From assembly GCA_000002435.2 (NCBI GenBank), contig CM018790.1: 64,000 bases of DNA; one strand, given 5' to 3'. The notes beneath the pieces were generated by a model that saw only the letters and a list, made by a program, of their open reading frames with translations, was not told the DNA's origin and searched no databases. Shown in pieces: positions 16,717 to 27,444 of this stretch. The first letter of the stretch is position 1. Every line of letters begins with the position of its first letter. Source of the DNA: Giardia intestinalis. Lineage: Eukaryota. The position numbers and the translations under genes were made by a program.

Positions 16717-17211
16717 TTACTCCTCCATCGACCGTCTCACACACGTCAAGACGCGCTTTTTGTACATGGGGTAATCATCTGTATACAGCTTTGCAGCGTC
16801 GACGTTTGCAGGGCTCTTGCAGTTGGGGTCGGAGAGGAGGGAGATAACTGAAAGAATGATGCTAGAGACGGTATGAACTGGCAACCAACGCTCAGCTGCC
16901 GTCTCATATTGATGTGGGTCTGGTCCAGGAGGATGCAAAATAGAAATACAGACGGAGCCGTCGGAGTAGATATTGGGATGAAAGATGTCAGTGATAAAGA
17001 CGAACTTCGGTGGTTGATCGGGATAGTTATCAGGAAACCGCAATTCTGCTCTAAATAGTCCGCCTTCGAAAAGCGTACCAGGGGGGCCTTGTAGCATCAG
17101 AGTCCAGAGGAAGAGCGAATCCCCCTTGAGTCCAATAGATACGCCTGGTATAGGATCTCGCTCATACGCCTGGAACTCTCTGGCAAGGTGTCTCTGGGCC
17201 CGGGTGGTCAT
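16717..17211 (-). CDS. Ubiquitin-conjugating enzyme E2, UBC7/UBE2G type
   Basis: UBC fold with HPNIYSDGSVCISIL (active-site Cys) and the acidic-loop insertion HPPGPDPHQYETAAERW characteristic of the UBE2G/UBC7 class. ATG verified. Only 23 bp separate its stop from the upstream convergent gene. Confidence 0.85.
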   Translation of the reverse strand: MTTRAQRHLAREFQAYERDPIPGVSIGLKGDSLFLWTLMLQGPPGTLFEGGLFRAELRFPDNYPDQPPKFVFITDIFHPNIYSDGSVCISILHPPGPDPHQYETAAERWLPVHTVSSIILSVISLLSDPNCKSPANVDAAKLYTDDYPMYKKRVLTCVRRSMEE

Positions 17212-17285
17212 GCACTTTTTTCGACCTAATCCTGCAGACTTTGAGAAAAGACAATTGAAGGCAATGTTTACTGCGGAGAAGTAAG

Positions 17286-18695
17286 TTACCCTACCCTATT
17301 AAGAATAGAGTCCACGCGCTCCACGATGAAAGAATAAATCCTGTCACGAAGCTCTACCAGTTCTATGGGGTCTGTCTCCTGGGGCAGATGAAGATCTACG
17401 CAATGGCCGCAATCCTTGCAACGGATAAAGCCGATATTATCTTTCTGGCCGCCCATGTCGTCGGTCATGCTACACATGTGCCAAGGGTCTTGCCAGAAGT
17501 TACTGAAGAAGACGTCGTCAGCCTTGACGTGCTCGCCGCCGTAGAATTCGTTGGTCTTGATTGTCGGGTTTCCCAGGTCCAGGCCATCAAAGATCTTTTT
17601 GCACATATCGAGGTGCCACTGAGTAGTGATCTTCTCCGAGCGAAGACTATTGATCAGTGGCGCAGGCTGGTAGTATGCGACTTCTGTGCACGTCTGCCAC
17701 CACCACTGCCTAAAGGCATCTGAGTGCTTGGCCGTGTCGGAGGCTAGATTGATGGAGTCGTAGGAGTCAAAGGAGGAGGTTGACAAGTAGTCCACAAGGG
17801 CGTCTAAGATGTCTCCGTGCCCCTCCCATGCTTTTGACAAGCGGCTGTCGCAACATGACTTGGATTTCCCGTACTGGAAGCACATAAGCATGGTGTCTGC
17901 AATAAAGTAGTGAATATCGCTCTTGTCTGCGTCTGTACGGATTCCAAGCCTCTCATAAACTATGTTGTCTTCTCCTGCTTCTACCTGGCGCGTAGCCTCG
18001 TGCTGTGCTTGGTAGAGTGCGTCAGAACACGGTGCACCGGGAACCATGAGCGTGTGTGTGTCAAATTCTGGGATTTCGTAGCGTGCATTAACGACGCCAG
18101 AGCTGCTCAGGCCCGCTGCAAAGAGATTGGGGTGGCGCTGGTAAATCCAACCCGTCACCGCACCCGGATAGGAGCCTCCGACGATAACCCACTGGAAACA
18201 TGTACGCCCCTCAATGCGCTTGAAGGAGCCGTCCTTGCTGTTAGCTGGACATAGCCTATCATCCATAACAGAAATAAAGTACAGGAGGTCGCTTTGGGCT
18301 TGTTTGCTGGAGAGATAGCGGAGCTTGTCAGTTCCGACATCGTACTTCTCTGAGGTATGCTGGAAAGGATGGGATATGCCATAGAATCTGTGCTCAAGAA
18401 CAAAGATGTGCGCTCCATAGTTGTCCGCTATTCTCCCCAGGATATCCGGGTTTGACTTTGTGCCACCAGGGGCAGAGTTGATTTCCCCTTCTCCTCCTAT
18501 CTCTAATATGGCCACGTGCGAGCCGTCTCTAACGAATTCTGAATTGTAATAGTATCTCTGCCTGAATACATCCTGATTAAAGGGGTTGAAGTGATCGACC
18601 CTATTCTCGATGAATAGCTGGGTAGACGGCCCGACGCGCTCACGCTGGACAAAGCGGCCGAGCGTGGCCACCAGGATGCAGAGAGCCAAGAGCAT
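17286..18695 (-). CDS. S28-family serine peptidase (lysosomal Pro-X carboxypeptidase-like)
   Basis: Signal peptide, FxQRYYYN and DHFN near the N-terminus, nucleophile elbow VIVGGSYPGAVTGW, and a C-terminal Asp/His region, all typical of peptidase S28. ATG verified. Confidence 0.75.
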   Translation of the reverse strand: MLLALCILVATLGRFVQRERVGPSTQLFIENRVDHFNPFNQDVFRQRYYYNSEFVRDGSHVAILEIGGEGEINSAPGGTKSNPDILGRIADNYGAHIFVLEHRFYGISHPFQHTSEKYDVGTDKLRYLSSKQAQSDLLYFISVMDDRLCPANSKDGSFKRIEGRTCFQWVIVGGSYPGAVTGWIYQRHPNLFAAGLSSSGVVNARYEIPEFDTHTLMVPGAPCSDALYQAQHEATRQVEAGEDNIVYERLGIRTDADKSDIHYFIADTMLMCFQYGKSKSCCDSRLSKAWEGHGDILDALVDYLSTSSFDSYDSINLASDTAKHSDAFRQWWWQTCTEVAYYQPAPLINSLRSEKITTQWHLDMCKKIFDGLDLGNPTIKTNEFYGGEHVKADDVFFSNFWQDPWHMCSMTDDMGGQKDNIGFIRCKDCGHCVDLHLPQETDPIELVELRDRIYSFIVERVDSILNRVG

Positions 18696-18793
18696 AGATC
18701 GGTTTTTTTACTTCGATTCGACACGTGCATTAAAATATTCAAATATTACAAATTAAACTATGGACAAGTCAGATAAAAAGCGGGCGGAGCCAA

Positions 18794-19783
18794 ATGTACC
18801 AGAATGCGCTCATTGCAGATGCACCTTCGATAGCTCTGTCATCACAGAACAGCAGCACCATCCGTGCGCACTCTATAGGGTGTCTTCCTCGGTATACATC
18901 GTTCAACAGTGGTTCAAATGGGATTTGCCTTAACGCCGTATACCCCAAGTGGATGTATAACCCACCTGTGATCAAGCGCAAAAAGCAGAAGATTGCAAGG
19001 GACTTTATAAAAGAGAACAAGTGGCTTGCAGCTCACCCAGACCTCATCCATGAAGTCCCTCCGTCCACACACGCGGCAGCAGAGGCCATGGACGCAGCGG
19101 AAGCAGCATACGCTAACTTCATATCCACAATGCGTAACAGAGAGCAAGGGTCTCCGGTAAAAGTGCGGCATCGATGGAGCACACGCGATTGCACTCCTCC
19201 GAGAGACGATCGGTGTGCGATACAACTCGACGCAGCAGAACGACAACTTCTTGCATTTGCAGATAGAGTTAGTAAGCAAAACGTCGATAACGTAGATGAA
19301 CCCCGAAAGGGTACAGAAGTGGGAGTAGAAATGAAAGTAGACAGTGATAATGATTCACGCATTAACGCATGCGCTGATGCGGACCAGGACGATGCAGAGC
19401 CACACGATCCAAAGACATTCGTCGACGAACTGCTCGAGGACTCTGATTTCATTGACGAGATGACCCATGCAAAGGACAAGGTAGACGATAAAATGAACCC
19501 GGCAGCTGCAAAGCCCAATTTGGCGGAATCCCCCTTTGACCGCCCCATCACAGTTGAGCCCACGTTTCGATATGAAAGGGGTCCTGGTGGCGAGACACTG
19601 GTGCTTGTTCACCCTGAGAACTTCCAGCAGCCTTGTGCTGAATCAAAATTCTTGTATAGTGAAGAAGAGCTCGCTAAGATAGCTGCCACATCAATATATG
19701 GCAATTACATGCTCCGGAAGCGAGAAGATATGTATAGCGCGCCATATTTAATACCCTATACATTCCGTTCATCCCGTATTTAA
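18794..19783 (+). CDS. Hypothetical acidic protein, 329 aa
   Basis: Longest ORF in its interval, with ATG at 18794. Asp/Glu-rich central region. The antisense ORFs (19033..19563, 18914..19279) are low-complexity shadows. Confidence 0.5.
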   Translation: MYQNALIADAPSIALSSQNSSTIRAHSIGCLPRYTSFNSGSNGICLNAVYPKWMYNPPVIKRKKQKIARDFIKENKWLAAHPDLIHEVPPSTHAAAEAMDAAEAAYANFISTMRNREQGSPVKVRHRWSTRDCTPPRDDRCAIQLDAAERQLLAFADRVSKQNVDNVDEPRKGTEVGVEMKVDSDNDSRINACADADQDDAEPHDPKTFVDELLEDSDFIDEMTHAKDKVDDKMNPAAAKPNLAESPFDRPITVEPTFRYERGPGGETLVLVHPENFQQPCAESKFLYSEEELAKIAATSIYGNYMLRKREDMYSAPYLIPYTFRSSRI

Positions 19784-19827
19784 TCGAACGGAGATGTTAT
19801 GCTTACCATCGATAGTTTTCCGTCCAC

Positions 19828-20769
19828 CTACTTCATACCTAGAACCAGCGTCTTTAGCACGTGAACCCTGTGTGCAGAGATCTTCTGCTGGTCCTGGGTT
19901 GAAATTTTCAAGATTTGCTCGCATACCATATGCATCTTGTCGACAGGAATGGCAGAAAAGTCCAGTATGAGGTCTTTGTTTCCGTCCAGTTCAAGCCCCG
20001 CCGTGTCGAGCAAGAAGTCCTCTAGCTCGTTGACCTGCTCCTCTGTAAACTCTTGCAGAAGCATGATGAGCGCCTGCTGATGTTCAATTGGAACGATTGG
20101 CCCTGCAAAGCGCACAGACCGGTTGAGGGATGGCTCCAAGGTTGCCAGCTCAGCGTCAAATGCGTCCCTCGATTCAAGATAATCTGCCAAGAGCTCCAAA
20201 TTAGTTTTATGCTCCCTTCCCTTTCGAAGCTGGGCAAGGAAGGCAACATCAATGGAGGACGCGATCTCCTTGAAGACTTCGGGGGAAAACTCAAACAGAG
20301 GATAGAGGGAAAGCACCTGAGAAACAACAGGAAGAGATCCAAGGCTTTTGCAGAAAAGATTCACGATGCGGGGAAGAATATCGAGCGAGAGTTTGAACAG
20401 AGCAGAAACATACTTGTAGTGAGAAAAAACAAGAAAGATATCATAAACCAGGGCACCCATGCACGTGTACCCGCGACACATTGCCTTGGCACGGACATAC
20501 AACACATCATAAGCCGTGACAGGCACGTTTGGTGGATACTCTTTGGAGACAAGCTTGAAGTACTCTGCACCCAGGTCTGCTTGGTAGCTGAGATACTTAA
20601 GCACTTGGCCCAGGCCAGAGTCCCCGCGCTCCACTATGCTTTCTGCAGAGAGCTCCTGAACAATCTTGGAGATTGTAAAGATGGAAACTATATCCGTGAT
20701 TGAAAGGGTAATGAATGCACGGTACGCCTCGGGGAGGTCTCTCAAGGGCTGGTTTTCAGAGGCATCCAT
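19828..20769 (-). CDS. Hypothetical protein (about 313 aa from the first ATG)
   Basis: Longest ORF in the interval. The track start at 20793 is GTG, so I used the first ATG at 20769 (MDASENQ...). An antisense plus-strand ORF (20053..20703) is Lys-rich and shorter, and I treat it as a shadow. No recognisable domain. Confidence 0.5.
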   Translation of the reverse strand: MDASENQPLRDLPEAYRAFITLSITDIVSIFTISKIVQELSAESIVERGDSGLGQVLKYLSYQADLGAEYFKLVSKEYPPNVPVTAYDVLYVRAKAMCRGYTCMGALVYDIFLVFSHYKYVSALFKLSLDILPRIVNLFCKSLGSLPVVSQVLSLYPLFEFSPEVFKEIASSIDVAFLAQLRKGREHKTNLELLADYLESRDAFDAELATLEPSLNRSVRFAGPIVPIEHQQALIMLLQEFTEEQVNELEDFLLDTAGLELDGNKDLILDFSAIPVDKMHMVCEQILKISTQDQQKISAHRVHVLKTLVLGMK

Positions 20770-20892
20770 GGAGTGGGGAGTATGCCCAGACACTTTTTAC
20801 GTCTTTATTTCATTTGTCCAATTAATAATATAAATTATAGTTAAAGCATTTTAATTTGATATTATGTCAGAGTGGTAGTTTTCCAGGCGACA

Positions 20893-21441
20893 ATGCCCCC
20901 CAGAGCTGATCCTAACGCAGAGATAGTTCTGTATTTGCGCGTCAAGGGCGGGATAATCCCCGCGCCAAATGCCCTTGGTCCAAAGATCGGGCCCTACGGT
21001 CTTCCGCCCAAAGTTGTTGGTGAGAAGATCCACGAGGCTACACAAGGCTACAAGGGGATCCGCGTGAAAGTCCGCATCGTCTCAAAGAACAGACAGCCGA
21101 CAGTCTCTGTTGTGCCCACAGCCTCCTCGCTTCTTGTCAAGGCTCTGGGCGAGGGTCCTCGCACGATTCCCAAGGGTCAGCCCCTTCTGCACACAGGCAC
21201 AGTGAAGTTCGACACGGTCCTAGACATCGCAAAGGAGCTCCGCGCTAACTCCTTCGCTCTGAAGTACGCCGGCACGGTCCTCGAGGTCCTGGGTTCTGCC
21301 CGCTCCGTTGGCTGCAAGGTGGAGTACAAGGGCACTGTATATTCTCCCGCTGAGATCACGGAGATGGTGAAGGCCGGGGACATAGAGATCCCAGAATATA
21401 ATGTACCCTACCAGCTTGCTGAGGAGCAAGAGACAGAGTAA
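20893..21441 (+). CDS. RPL12: 60S ribosomal protein L12 (uL11)
   Basis: MPPRADPNAEIVLYLRVKGG...ALGPKIGPYGLPPKVVGEKIHEATQGYKGIRVKV...NRQPTVSVVPTASSLLVKAL is collinear with eukaryotic L12 ([22 protein letters not shown]...[33 protein letters not shown]). The track start at 20872 is GTG, so I used the ATG at 20893. AT-rich upstream. Confidence 0.85.
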   Translation: MPPRADPNAEIVLYLRVKGGIIPAPNALGPKIGPYGLPPKVVGEKIHEATQGYKGIRVKVRIVSKNRQPTVSVVPTASSLLVKALGEGPRTIPKGQPLLHTGTVKFDTVLDIAKELRANSFALKYAGTVLEVLGSARSVGCKVEYKGTVYSPAEITEMVKAGDIEIPEYNVPYQLAEEQETE

Positions 21442-21519
21442 ACAAGGTGCCCTGCGTGTCACGGATCGGTCCCTATCTGCTTGGGACTGTTTTCGCCTAC
21501 GGGGGCTTAAAATATTTCG

Positions 21520-24105
21520 ATGGCCGAGGCGGCGGAGTCCTTTGCCGATGCAGTCGTCCGTGTAGAAGACGAGACAGGGATACGCGCTCCTTGGAGGGTG
21601 TGGCCTCAGATGCGCCATGACTCGACCAAGCTCGGCGTTCCCCTTTCACTCGTATATACTCCACTCAAAGCGGTGGCTAATCCCTACCGTGCCTCGTATG
21701 CACCCGTGAGGTGTTCAGGCTGCTCTGCCGTTCTCTCCCCGTTCACATACGTCGACTATCAAAAGAAGAGCTACGTTTGTTCTTTCTGTTCACTGATGCA
21801 ACCATTGCCCCCCAGCTATGCACAGATTACCCCGGAGTACCGTCCAGCTGAGCTCCATGACGTTTACAAGACCATCGAATATAACCTTTCGGCTACTCAA
21901 GCGGCCGCAGGAGGTCACGCCACTCCTCAAGTTGCTCCCGACTATGCCCCCATCTTTGCTATCGTTGTGGACACGTGCTGCGAAGATGCCGAGCAGTTTG
22001 CAAAGATGAAGGAGTCACTTCAATGGATTGTAGATGTTCTTCCTTCTAACAGCAAGATCTGCCTGGTCTCTTTCGGTTCTGTTGTTACTGTTCATGAATT
22101 GGTATTTGACTTCTGTCCTCGAAAAGTTGTCCTTAGGGGTCTTGTGGATATTCCCCCCGCGCAGCTAGAGCAGTATCTTGGATTGAAAACAACTACCCAG
22201 CGTTTCTTGCAACCTCTGAGCTTGTGCCAGAACAGTCTGGTTCAGATACTGGAAGACCTTATGAAGGACCCGTGGGTGCCCCCTCCCAAGTGCAGACCTC
22301 ACAGATGCCTTGGGGCCGCTCTATCTATTGCGACTTCTATTCTGCAAAGCCTATCTCTTCCCGCAGGCATACCAATTACTATGGACACCACAAACGCCAC
22401 AGCAGTGAGACCAACGACAGGATTTGCAGGGCGTGTTGTTCTATTGACTTCCGGCCCATGTACTGCAGGACCCGGAACCGTTGTAGACATCGATCTTTCT
22501 ATGCACTTGCGCCACTGGCCGGACATTGAGAAGAAGACAGACGTAGCTAAGCACGTGAAGGATGCCCAGCGTTTCTACACATCTCTAGGTGAACGTGCTG
22601 CAACAAATGGAATATCTTACCACGTTTTCAGCTGCTCGGTGGAGCAGGTTGGTCTTTATGAGATGTACCAGATGGTTAGCATGACTGGTGGGCATATGAT
22701 GATCTCTGAGTCGTACAGCTATCAGGCTTTTGTACGAAGCTGGCGGTGCTTCTTTGATCAACTTGTTCAGGCTGCCCGACAAGAGGAAACGGAGACCACG
22801 GGTAGAGGCGAGATTAACGAGGACGAGGAGGAGGGTGATGAGCCAGAGCTTGTCCCACTTCAGTTTGGGTCCCGCGCTATTATCGAGGCATCGATCGGTT
22901 CTGGAGGAAAAATCACAGGGTGTGTTGGACATGTCGTCCCGCTTCCTCCTACTGTGAGCACAAAGGGCTCTCAGCAGGCCCCCACATGTAGCAATCCTGC
23001 CTTTGTTGCAGGCACATTCTATGAGGGAGGCTCGAAGGTGCTAAGTCTAGGAGGACAAGATAATGAGATTGGCCACGGGTTTACGAACAGATGGCTGGCA
23101 AGCCACATAGACTCTGAGAGCACCTTCTGCTTTTGCTATGAGGCTAATCACGACCCGAAGAATGCGATGGCATTGACTCTTCCCGCTTACATACCCGTTC
23201 AATTCCGCACTTTATACATTGATAATGTCACTGGAGACCAGATTTTGAGGGTCACGACGTACGTCTTCCAAGGGGCCAATCCTCTTTCAGATTGGGCAAA
23301 AATCAGTTCCGAGTTTGACCAAGAGGCTGCTGCAGTTGTGCTAGCAAAGATCACAATGTTCAACTTGATGCATCGACCCGGAATCACTACAGACGAAGTT
23401 ATGCGCTATATAGACAGGTCAATTATCAAGCTTTCACAGGCTTTTTCGTCCTATCAGCTTCAGAATGCTGCTACACTTGTATTTCAGCCAAACTTCGAAT
23501 TTTTCCCACAGTTCCTTTACCACTTCAGAAGATCAGAGTTTATACAATTGTTTGGACAGTCCCCTGACGAAACAGCGATGAAGCGCTTCCAGCTGTTAAG
23601 GCAAACAACTGCAAACGTTCTGACCATGATGCAGCCGGTTCTCTACGCATACACAGTGACAAACCCCGAACCAACACCAGTGTTCCTAGATTCCAGTGAG
23701 GCTACTCAGGATCGAATCTTGCTATTTGATTCATTCTTCAACGTGCTGGTTTGGACGGGTTCATCTGTGGCAGCGTGGCGTAAAGCCGAGTACCATCTCA
23801 AGCCAGAATATGCGAACGTCGCGACGCTGCTAGACGCGCCGAACTATGAAGTGGAGGATATACTCAACGAACGCTTTCCATCGCCGCGGTATGATAACGC
23901 AGACCAGGGAACGTCACAGGCACGCATATTATTGGCTCGCGTGAATCCAACTACAACACATAAAAGCAACCAGACATTAGGAGGGTTCACACTCGGGAAC
24001 GGAGGTCAGCCAGAAGCAGTGGGTGAAGTTGTCGCCACCGATGATGTCAGCCTACAGAAGTTTTTAGCGGCTTTGAAGGAGAGCGTAGTGCAACAAGGGA
24101 AGTAG
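21520..24105 (+). CDS. SEC23: COPII coat protein Sec23
   Basis: N-terminus GIRAPWRVWPQMRHDSTKLGVPLSLVYTPLKA matches Sec23 (GVRFTWNVFPSTRSDA..VVPVGCLYTPLKE). It has a Zn finger CSGCSAVLSPFTYVDYQKKSYVCSFCS, a vWA trunk (IFAIVVDTC), and beta-barrel, helical and gelsolin-like regions. 861 aa. ATG verified. Confidence 0.8.
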   Translation: MAEAAESFADAVVRVEDETGIRAPWRVWPQMRHDSTKLGVPLSLVYTPLKAVANPYRASYAPVRCSGCSAVLSPFTYVDYQKKSYVCSFCSLMQPLPPSYAQITPEYRPAELHDVYKTIEYNLSATQAAAGGHATPQVAPDYAPIFAIVVDTCCEDAEQFAKMKESLQWIVDVLPSNSKICLVSFGSVVTVHELVFDFCPRKVVLRGLVDIPPAQLEQYLGLKTTTQRFLQPLSLCQNSLVQILEDLMKDPWVPPPKCRPHRCLGAALSIATSILQSLSLPAGIPITMDTTNATAVRPTTGFAGRVVLLTSGPCTAGPGTVVDIDLSMHLRHWPDIEKKTDVAKHVKDAQRFYTSLGERAATNGISYHVFSCSVEQVGLYEMYQMVSMTGGHMMISESYSYQAFVRSWRCFFDQLVQAARQEETETTGRGEINEDEEEGDEPELVPLQFGSRAIIEASIGSGGKITGCVGHVVPLPPTVSTKGSQQAPTCSNPAFVAGTFYEGGSKVLSLGGQDNEIGHGFTNRWLASHIDSESTFCFCYEANHDPKNAMALTLPAYIPVQFRTLYIDNVTGDQILRVTTYVFQGANPLSDWAKISSEFDQEAAAVVLAKITMFNLMHRPGITTDEVMRYIDRSIIKLSQAFSSYQLQNAATLVFQPNFEFFPQFLYHFRRSEFIQLFGQSPDETAMKRFQLLRQTTANVLTMMQPVLYAYTVTNPEPTPVFLDSSEATQDRILLFDSFFNVLVWTGSSVAAWRKAEYHLKPEYANVATLLDAPNYEVEDILNERFPSPRYDNADQGTSQARILLARVNPTTTHKSNQTLGGFTLGNGGQPEAVGEVVATDDVSLQKFLAALKESVVQQGK

Positions 24106-24177
24106 ATGTAAGTGAATCAATTAGTGTCAATCCCAGCATGTGGCCTGTGCATAGTTGAGTCGGGGAAAGCCTGGTAA

Positions 24178-25122
24178 TCAATTTAGCCTTGTCTTGGTCA
24201 TAAGGTAAATGGAGTTAACAAAGCTCTCATCTATCGATGGAAAGTATCGGGTGAAGTTTAGAGACAATAGCGGACGAGTGTAGTATGCGAGTTGGAAGCC
24301 CGCCTTTGACGCTATCAGGTCCGTGAATTCTCTGCTTACGTTGTCAAAGAAGGTCGTGACCATCTCTACAATGTAAGCACTGAAGCTGTTTGCCTTAGCA
24401 AGAGGATCCGCAGCATTCTCGACAAGTATGTCCTTAAGAATTAACAGGGGAAGATAGAGGATAGAGGACGGATTGAGCTCGTCTATAGTGGTCTGGATAG
24501 ACGTGAGGAGCTGGGAGAGTATTATGGCGATGAGTTCAGTAGTTAGGAAAGACTGGAGAAACTGCATGAATGCTGCAGGAGATGTGGCAACCCTGAGGTT
24601 CGCTTTAGTATATGCAGTGAGGCTTTCTCGTACTTCCTGCTCGACGACCCCGAACGCATCCATACTAACGGCAAGCTTGTTAAGCTCCATCAAAATGCTT
24701 GTGTGCACTGGTGCAATGAGTTTACGCCTCTTGAGCCTAGCTATGGTCTCTATAGAGCATAGAACAGATACAGCTAAAAAGGTGTTGACAGATACTACAA
24801 CAGGAACGGCTAAAGCACGGACGGATGCATTGGAGAGTATCTGTACAACGGCCTCCTCTTTTTCCTCATCTGTGCTGAGGGTCTGGACGGTGTAATGTGT
24901 GCGTGCAATACTGTCCTCAAGGACTAGTATCTGCTGTTTCTCAACATCAGAGGCGATGGCATGCTGAAGGACCTTGTAGGGGCTAACATGGAATTGGTAG
25001 TTACGCACCATGCGATAAACGCCATATCCCAGCCCTGCTAGGCCACCAGCAATGAGTGTGGCAGAAGCGATCGCTGCAGCACTGGTGCGAAGGGATGATC
25101 GGCTGTGTCTGTGAGCCGGCAT
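24178..25122 (-). CDS. Hypothetical N-terminally anchored membrane protein
   Basis: The track start at 25161 is GTG. The first ATG at 25122 gives MPAHRHSRSS... followed by one predicted TM helix (AAAIASATLIAGGLAGLGYGVY), then a mostly helical soluble region. No family recognised. Confidence 0.5.
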   Translation of the reverse strand: MPAHRHSRSSLRTSAAAIASATLIAGGLAGLGYGVYRMVRNYQFHVSPYKVLQHAIASDVEKQQILVLEDSIARTHYTVQTLSTDEEKEEAVVQILSNASVRALAVPVVVSVNTFLAVSVLCSIETIARLKRRKLIAPVHTSILMELNKLAVSMDAFGVVEQEVRESLTAYTKANLRVATSPAAFMQFLQSFLTTELIAIILSQLLTSIQTTIDELNPSSILYLPLLILKDILVENAADPLAKANSFSAYIVEMVTTFFDNVSREFTDLIASKAGFQLAYYTRPLLSLNFTRYFPSIDESFVNSIYLMTKTRLN

Positions 25123-25473
25123 AATTAAATCCCGATTCTCTGGGCAGCACAACCTTTGCACGAGTCTTCTACTGTACGCTCTCTCTTTGCCACCTTGTGA
25201 TTACTGTGCTCTCCAATGTAGACACGTATGGATCCCGCTTTTCTTACATTGTCTCCATACACATCCATGTGGTACAGGGGTCGCCTGTCTTGACGAGGAA
25301 ACCTGAACAGCTGGTCGTATCGAGCCACCACCGATTCTAAATACCATATTGTCTAACAAAGGGATTCACTCTAGTTATACTATTCACAAACGGACAGCTA
25401 ATTGAACATAACTATTAAAGCATCGCATCTGCCACCCGATTACCACGAGGACAGCGTGTATGTGCCTCATGAA

Positions 25474-27444
25474 TCAAACAGCTGCTCGACTCTTTATCTG
25501 TTCACGCTGCTTCTGCTCTATCTGGGCAGCAGTGTTCTGCTCAAGGGGTGGCTTCACAAAGCACAGAAGGAGGAGCGACGTAAAGCCATAGAGCAAGAAG
25601 AAGATCGACCCATTGCGCCAGTTCCAGTTGTAGAGCTCACCACCTATGAGCGCCCCTCCAAACCTCCCGATGCTATTTCCGATCTGGAAGAGCCCGAGAA
25701 GCGTCCCGCGGTTCTTCGGTGTCGTATACAGCGTTGCAAACTGGATGAAGAGGGCATCTCCAAGACTAAGCGCAATTGTGTTGAAGGGGAGGAACATTAT
25801 CCACTTGGGAATGGGTGGATCTATTGCCCAACGTAGCAAAGAAGGAAGCATTGCAAAGTAGATAGAAATGACGATGACGCGGAGCTCTCCAATCTTGTTG
25901 GCTATGAGACGAGTCAAGCCAAACGTAAAGCACACAGCGATGATTACAACGACAATGTTCGATAGGGCATTTAGTTGCTTGGATTGTTGTGCATTTGTAA
26001 ACCCGTAGAACTTCGCAATTAGAAAACTCTGGGTGGCAACAGGAAGCTGAGTACAGAAGATCTGGAAGACATATGCAAACCAGAGCAGAATTAGCTCTTT
26101 GTTCTTCAGAATATCTTTGAATGTCACACAGAAGCTATCCCGCCTTACGTTGGCCTTATATGCCTGGGAGTCCGTTTTGCCCATCTTCTTGGCAGCTTTG
26201 CGGGCTATAACGCCTGCAGAAGACTCCTTGAAGAAGCAGGAGAAAACGAGGCCGGCCACTAACAGAGCAATTGCAAGATAGAACGTATGAAGGAACGATT
26301 TCACAGTATCATTTGCGTAGGTCCCGGTGGTGAAGGCAAAAGCAACCACCACAGAAGCTATCCCAGTACCAATTTGTGTCACAATATTGACTGCAATCAG
26401 AGCCATTGGACGCGCACGGGGGCTAGCGAGATCAGCGACAGTAACAAAGCTAATGGGGACAGCATACGCGAAAATACCTGTGGCGAAGCGTATTCCAAGG
26501 ATATAGTTGATCTGTTCTTGGGAATTGATGGAAATATTAGTTGTTGCTTTAAAAATAATCGGTGTGAGTGTAGTTAATCCAAAAGTAAGTATGTACCCTG
26601 CAAAGAGAACTATATAAACTGGCTTGCGGCCAATTATCTCCGATAGCCAGAGCCAGAGTGGACAGAAGAACAGTTGCCCAAGGTTGAAAAATGCCTGTGC
26701 GTTGGCCGTTTGAGATGCATTGGCTCCTAAATTTGTCAAGTAGAATGGAACGGTGAGAGATAATAGACTCAGTGATGTACCAAGGAAGAAGCTCAAAATC
26801 ATGACGTACCATACCTTGTTTGCGCACCAGTTTGGCTTGCTTTGAAGATCCTTATTGTTGTCCATGGCGCTAATGGCCTCTGCGTCAAGGTTGATGACCA
26901 GCTTGACCTCGTCTGGACAGGGCTTGTAGTCCAGGGTGAAGTGGTCTGCGTTCCAGTCGATCTTCGGGGTGCCCATGAGCTTCTCCACATAGACCAAGGA
27001 GGAGAAAAGGTGATCGACGAGCTTGAAGTATGTCTCCGTGGTCGCCAGTTCGGGCGCGGGGTGCAGCGGATCCGGATGCACCCTGTTCATCTCAGTGCAG
27101 TAGTTCTGGTAGCGACGGTGGGCCTCTGCCGGGTCCGCTGCTGGGAGGACCGCTTCGCTAGCTCCCATGGCCTCTGGCAGGTGTAAGTCCATCTTGGGAG
27201 AATCGGCATCCAGGGGCGCGCTGGGTGGCCCGGCTGCTGCGCACCCTGCAGCGCAGACGACGAGCTCCAAGATGTCTGTGCACTGGATACAGTCGCCGAG
27301 GTAGCGGTCTCGGTTGCTGTCTCCGAGTCCGTACGCGTCGAAAGCGTGCCCCGCCGCAGCCACAAGGAGCCTCAGGTACTCGAAGCAGCGATACTGTGTG
27401 CGCGCCCTGGCCTCCCCGGCCGGGTTCAGAACGAGATTTGCCAT
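25474..27444 (-). CDS. Major facilitator superfamily transporter with an N-terminal cytosolic domain of about 200 aa
   Basis: Multiple TM helices after residue 200. MFS signature SEIIGRKPVYIV (D/ExxGRK/R between TM2 and TM3) and the overall 12-TM organisation. ATG verified at 27444. Confidence 0.6.
   Translation of the reverse strand: MANLVLNPAGEARARTQYRCFEYLRLLVAAAGHAFDAYGLGDSNRDRYLGDCIQCTDILELVVCAAGCAAAGPPSAPLDADSPKMDLHLPEAMGASEAVLPAADPAEAHRRYQNYCTEMNRVHPDPLHPAPELATTETYFKLVDHLFSSLVYVEKLMGTPKIDWNADHFTLDYKPCPDEVKLVINLDAEAISAMDNNKDLQSKPNWCANKVWYVMILSFFLGTSLSLLSLTVPFYLTNLGANASQTANAQAFFNLGQLFFCPLWLWLSEIIGRKPVYIVLFAGYILTFGLTTLTPIIFKATTNISINSQEQINYILGIRFATGIFAYAVPISFVTVADLASPRARPMALIAVNIVTQIGTGIASVVVAFAFTTGTYANDTVKSFLHTFYLAIALLVAGLVFSCFFKESSAGVIARKAAKKMGKTDSQAYKANVRRDSFCVTFKDILKNKELILLWFAYVFQIFCTQLPVATQSFLIAKFYGFTNAQQSKQLNALSNIVVVIIAVCFTFGLTRLIANKIGELRVIVISIYFAMLPSLLRWAIDPPIPKWIMFLPFNTIALSLGDALFIQFATLYTTPKNRGTLLGLFQIGNSIGRFGGALIGGELYNWNWRNGSIFFLLYGFTSLLLLCFVKPPLEQNTAAQIEQKQREQIKSRAAV

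Noticed and set aside
19033-19563. 176-aa minus-strand ORF (and 18914..19279-, 19355..19612-) inside the acidic protein gene
   Set aside because: It is Ser/Ala low-complexity antisense to an Asp/Glu-rich coding region. The plus-strand 329-aa ORF is longer and starts with ATG in an AT-rich context.
20053-20703. 216-aa plus-strand ORF antisense to the 19828..20769 gene
   Set aside because: It is shorter than the minus-strand ORF and Lys/Arg-rich, which looks like a shadow frame. The minus ORF has a proper ATG and termination immediately before the AT-rich intergenic region. The strand choice remains somewhat uncertain.
25402-25836. 144-aa plus-strand ORF overlapping the 3' part of the MFS transporter gene
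   Set aside because: It sits entirely inside or opposite the well-supported 656-aa transporter ORF and has no domain. Giardia overlaps are usually only a few bp.
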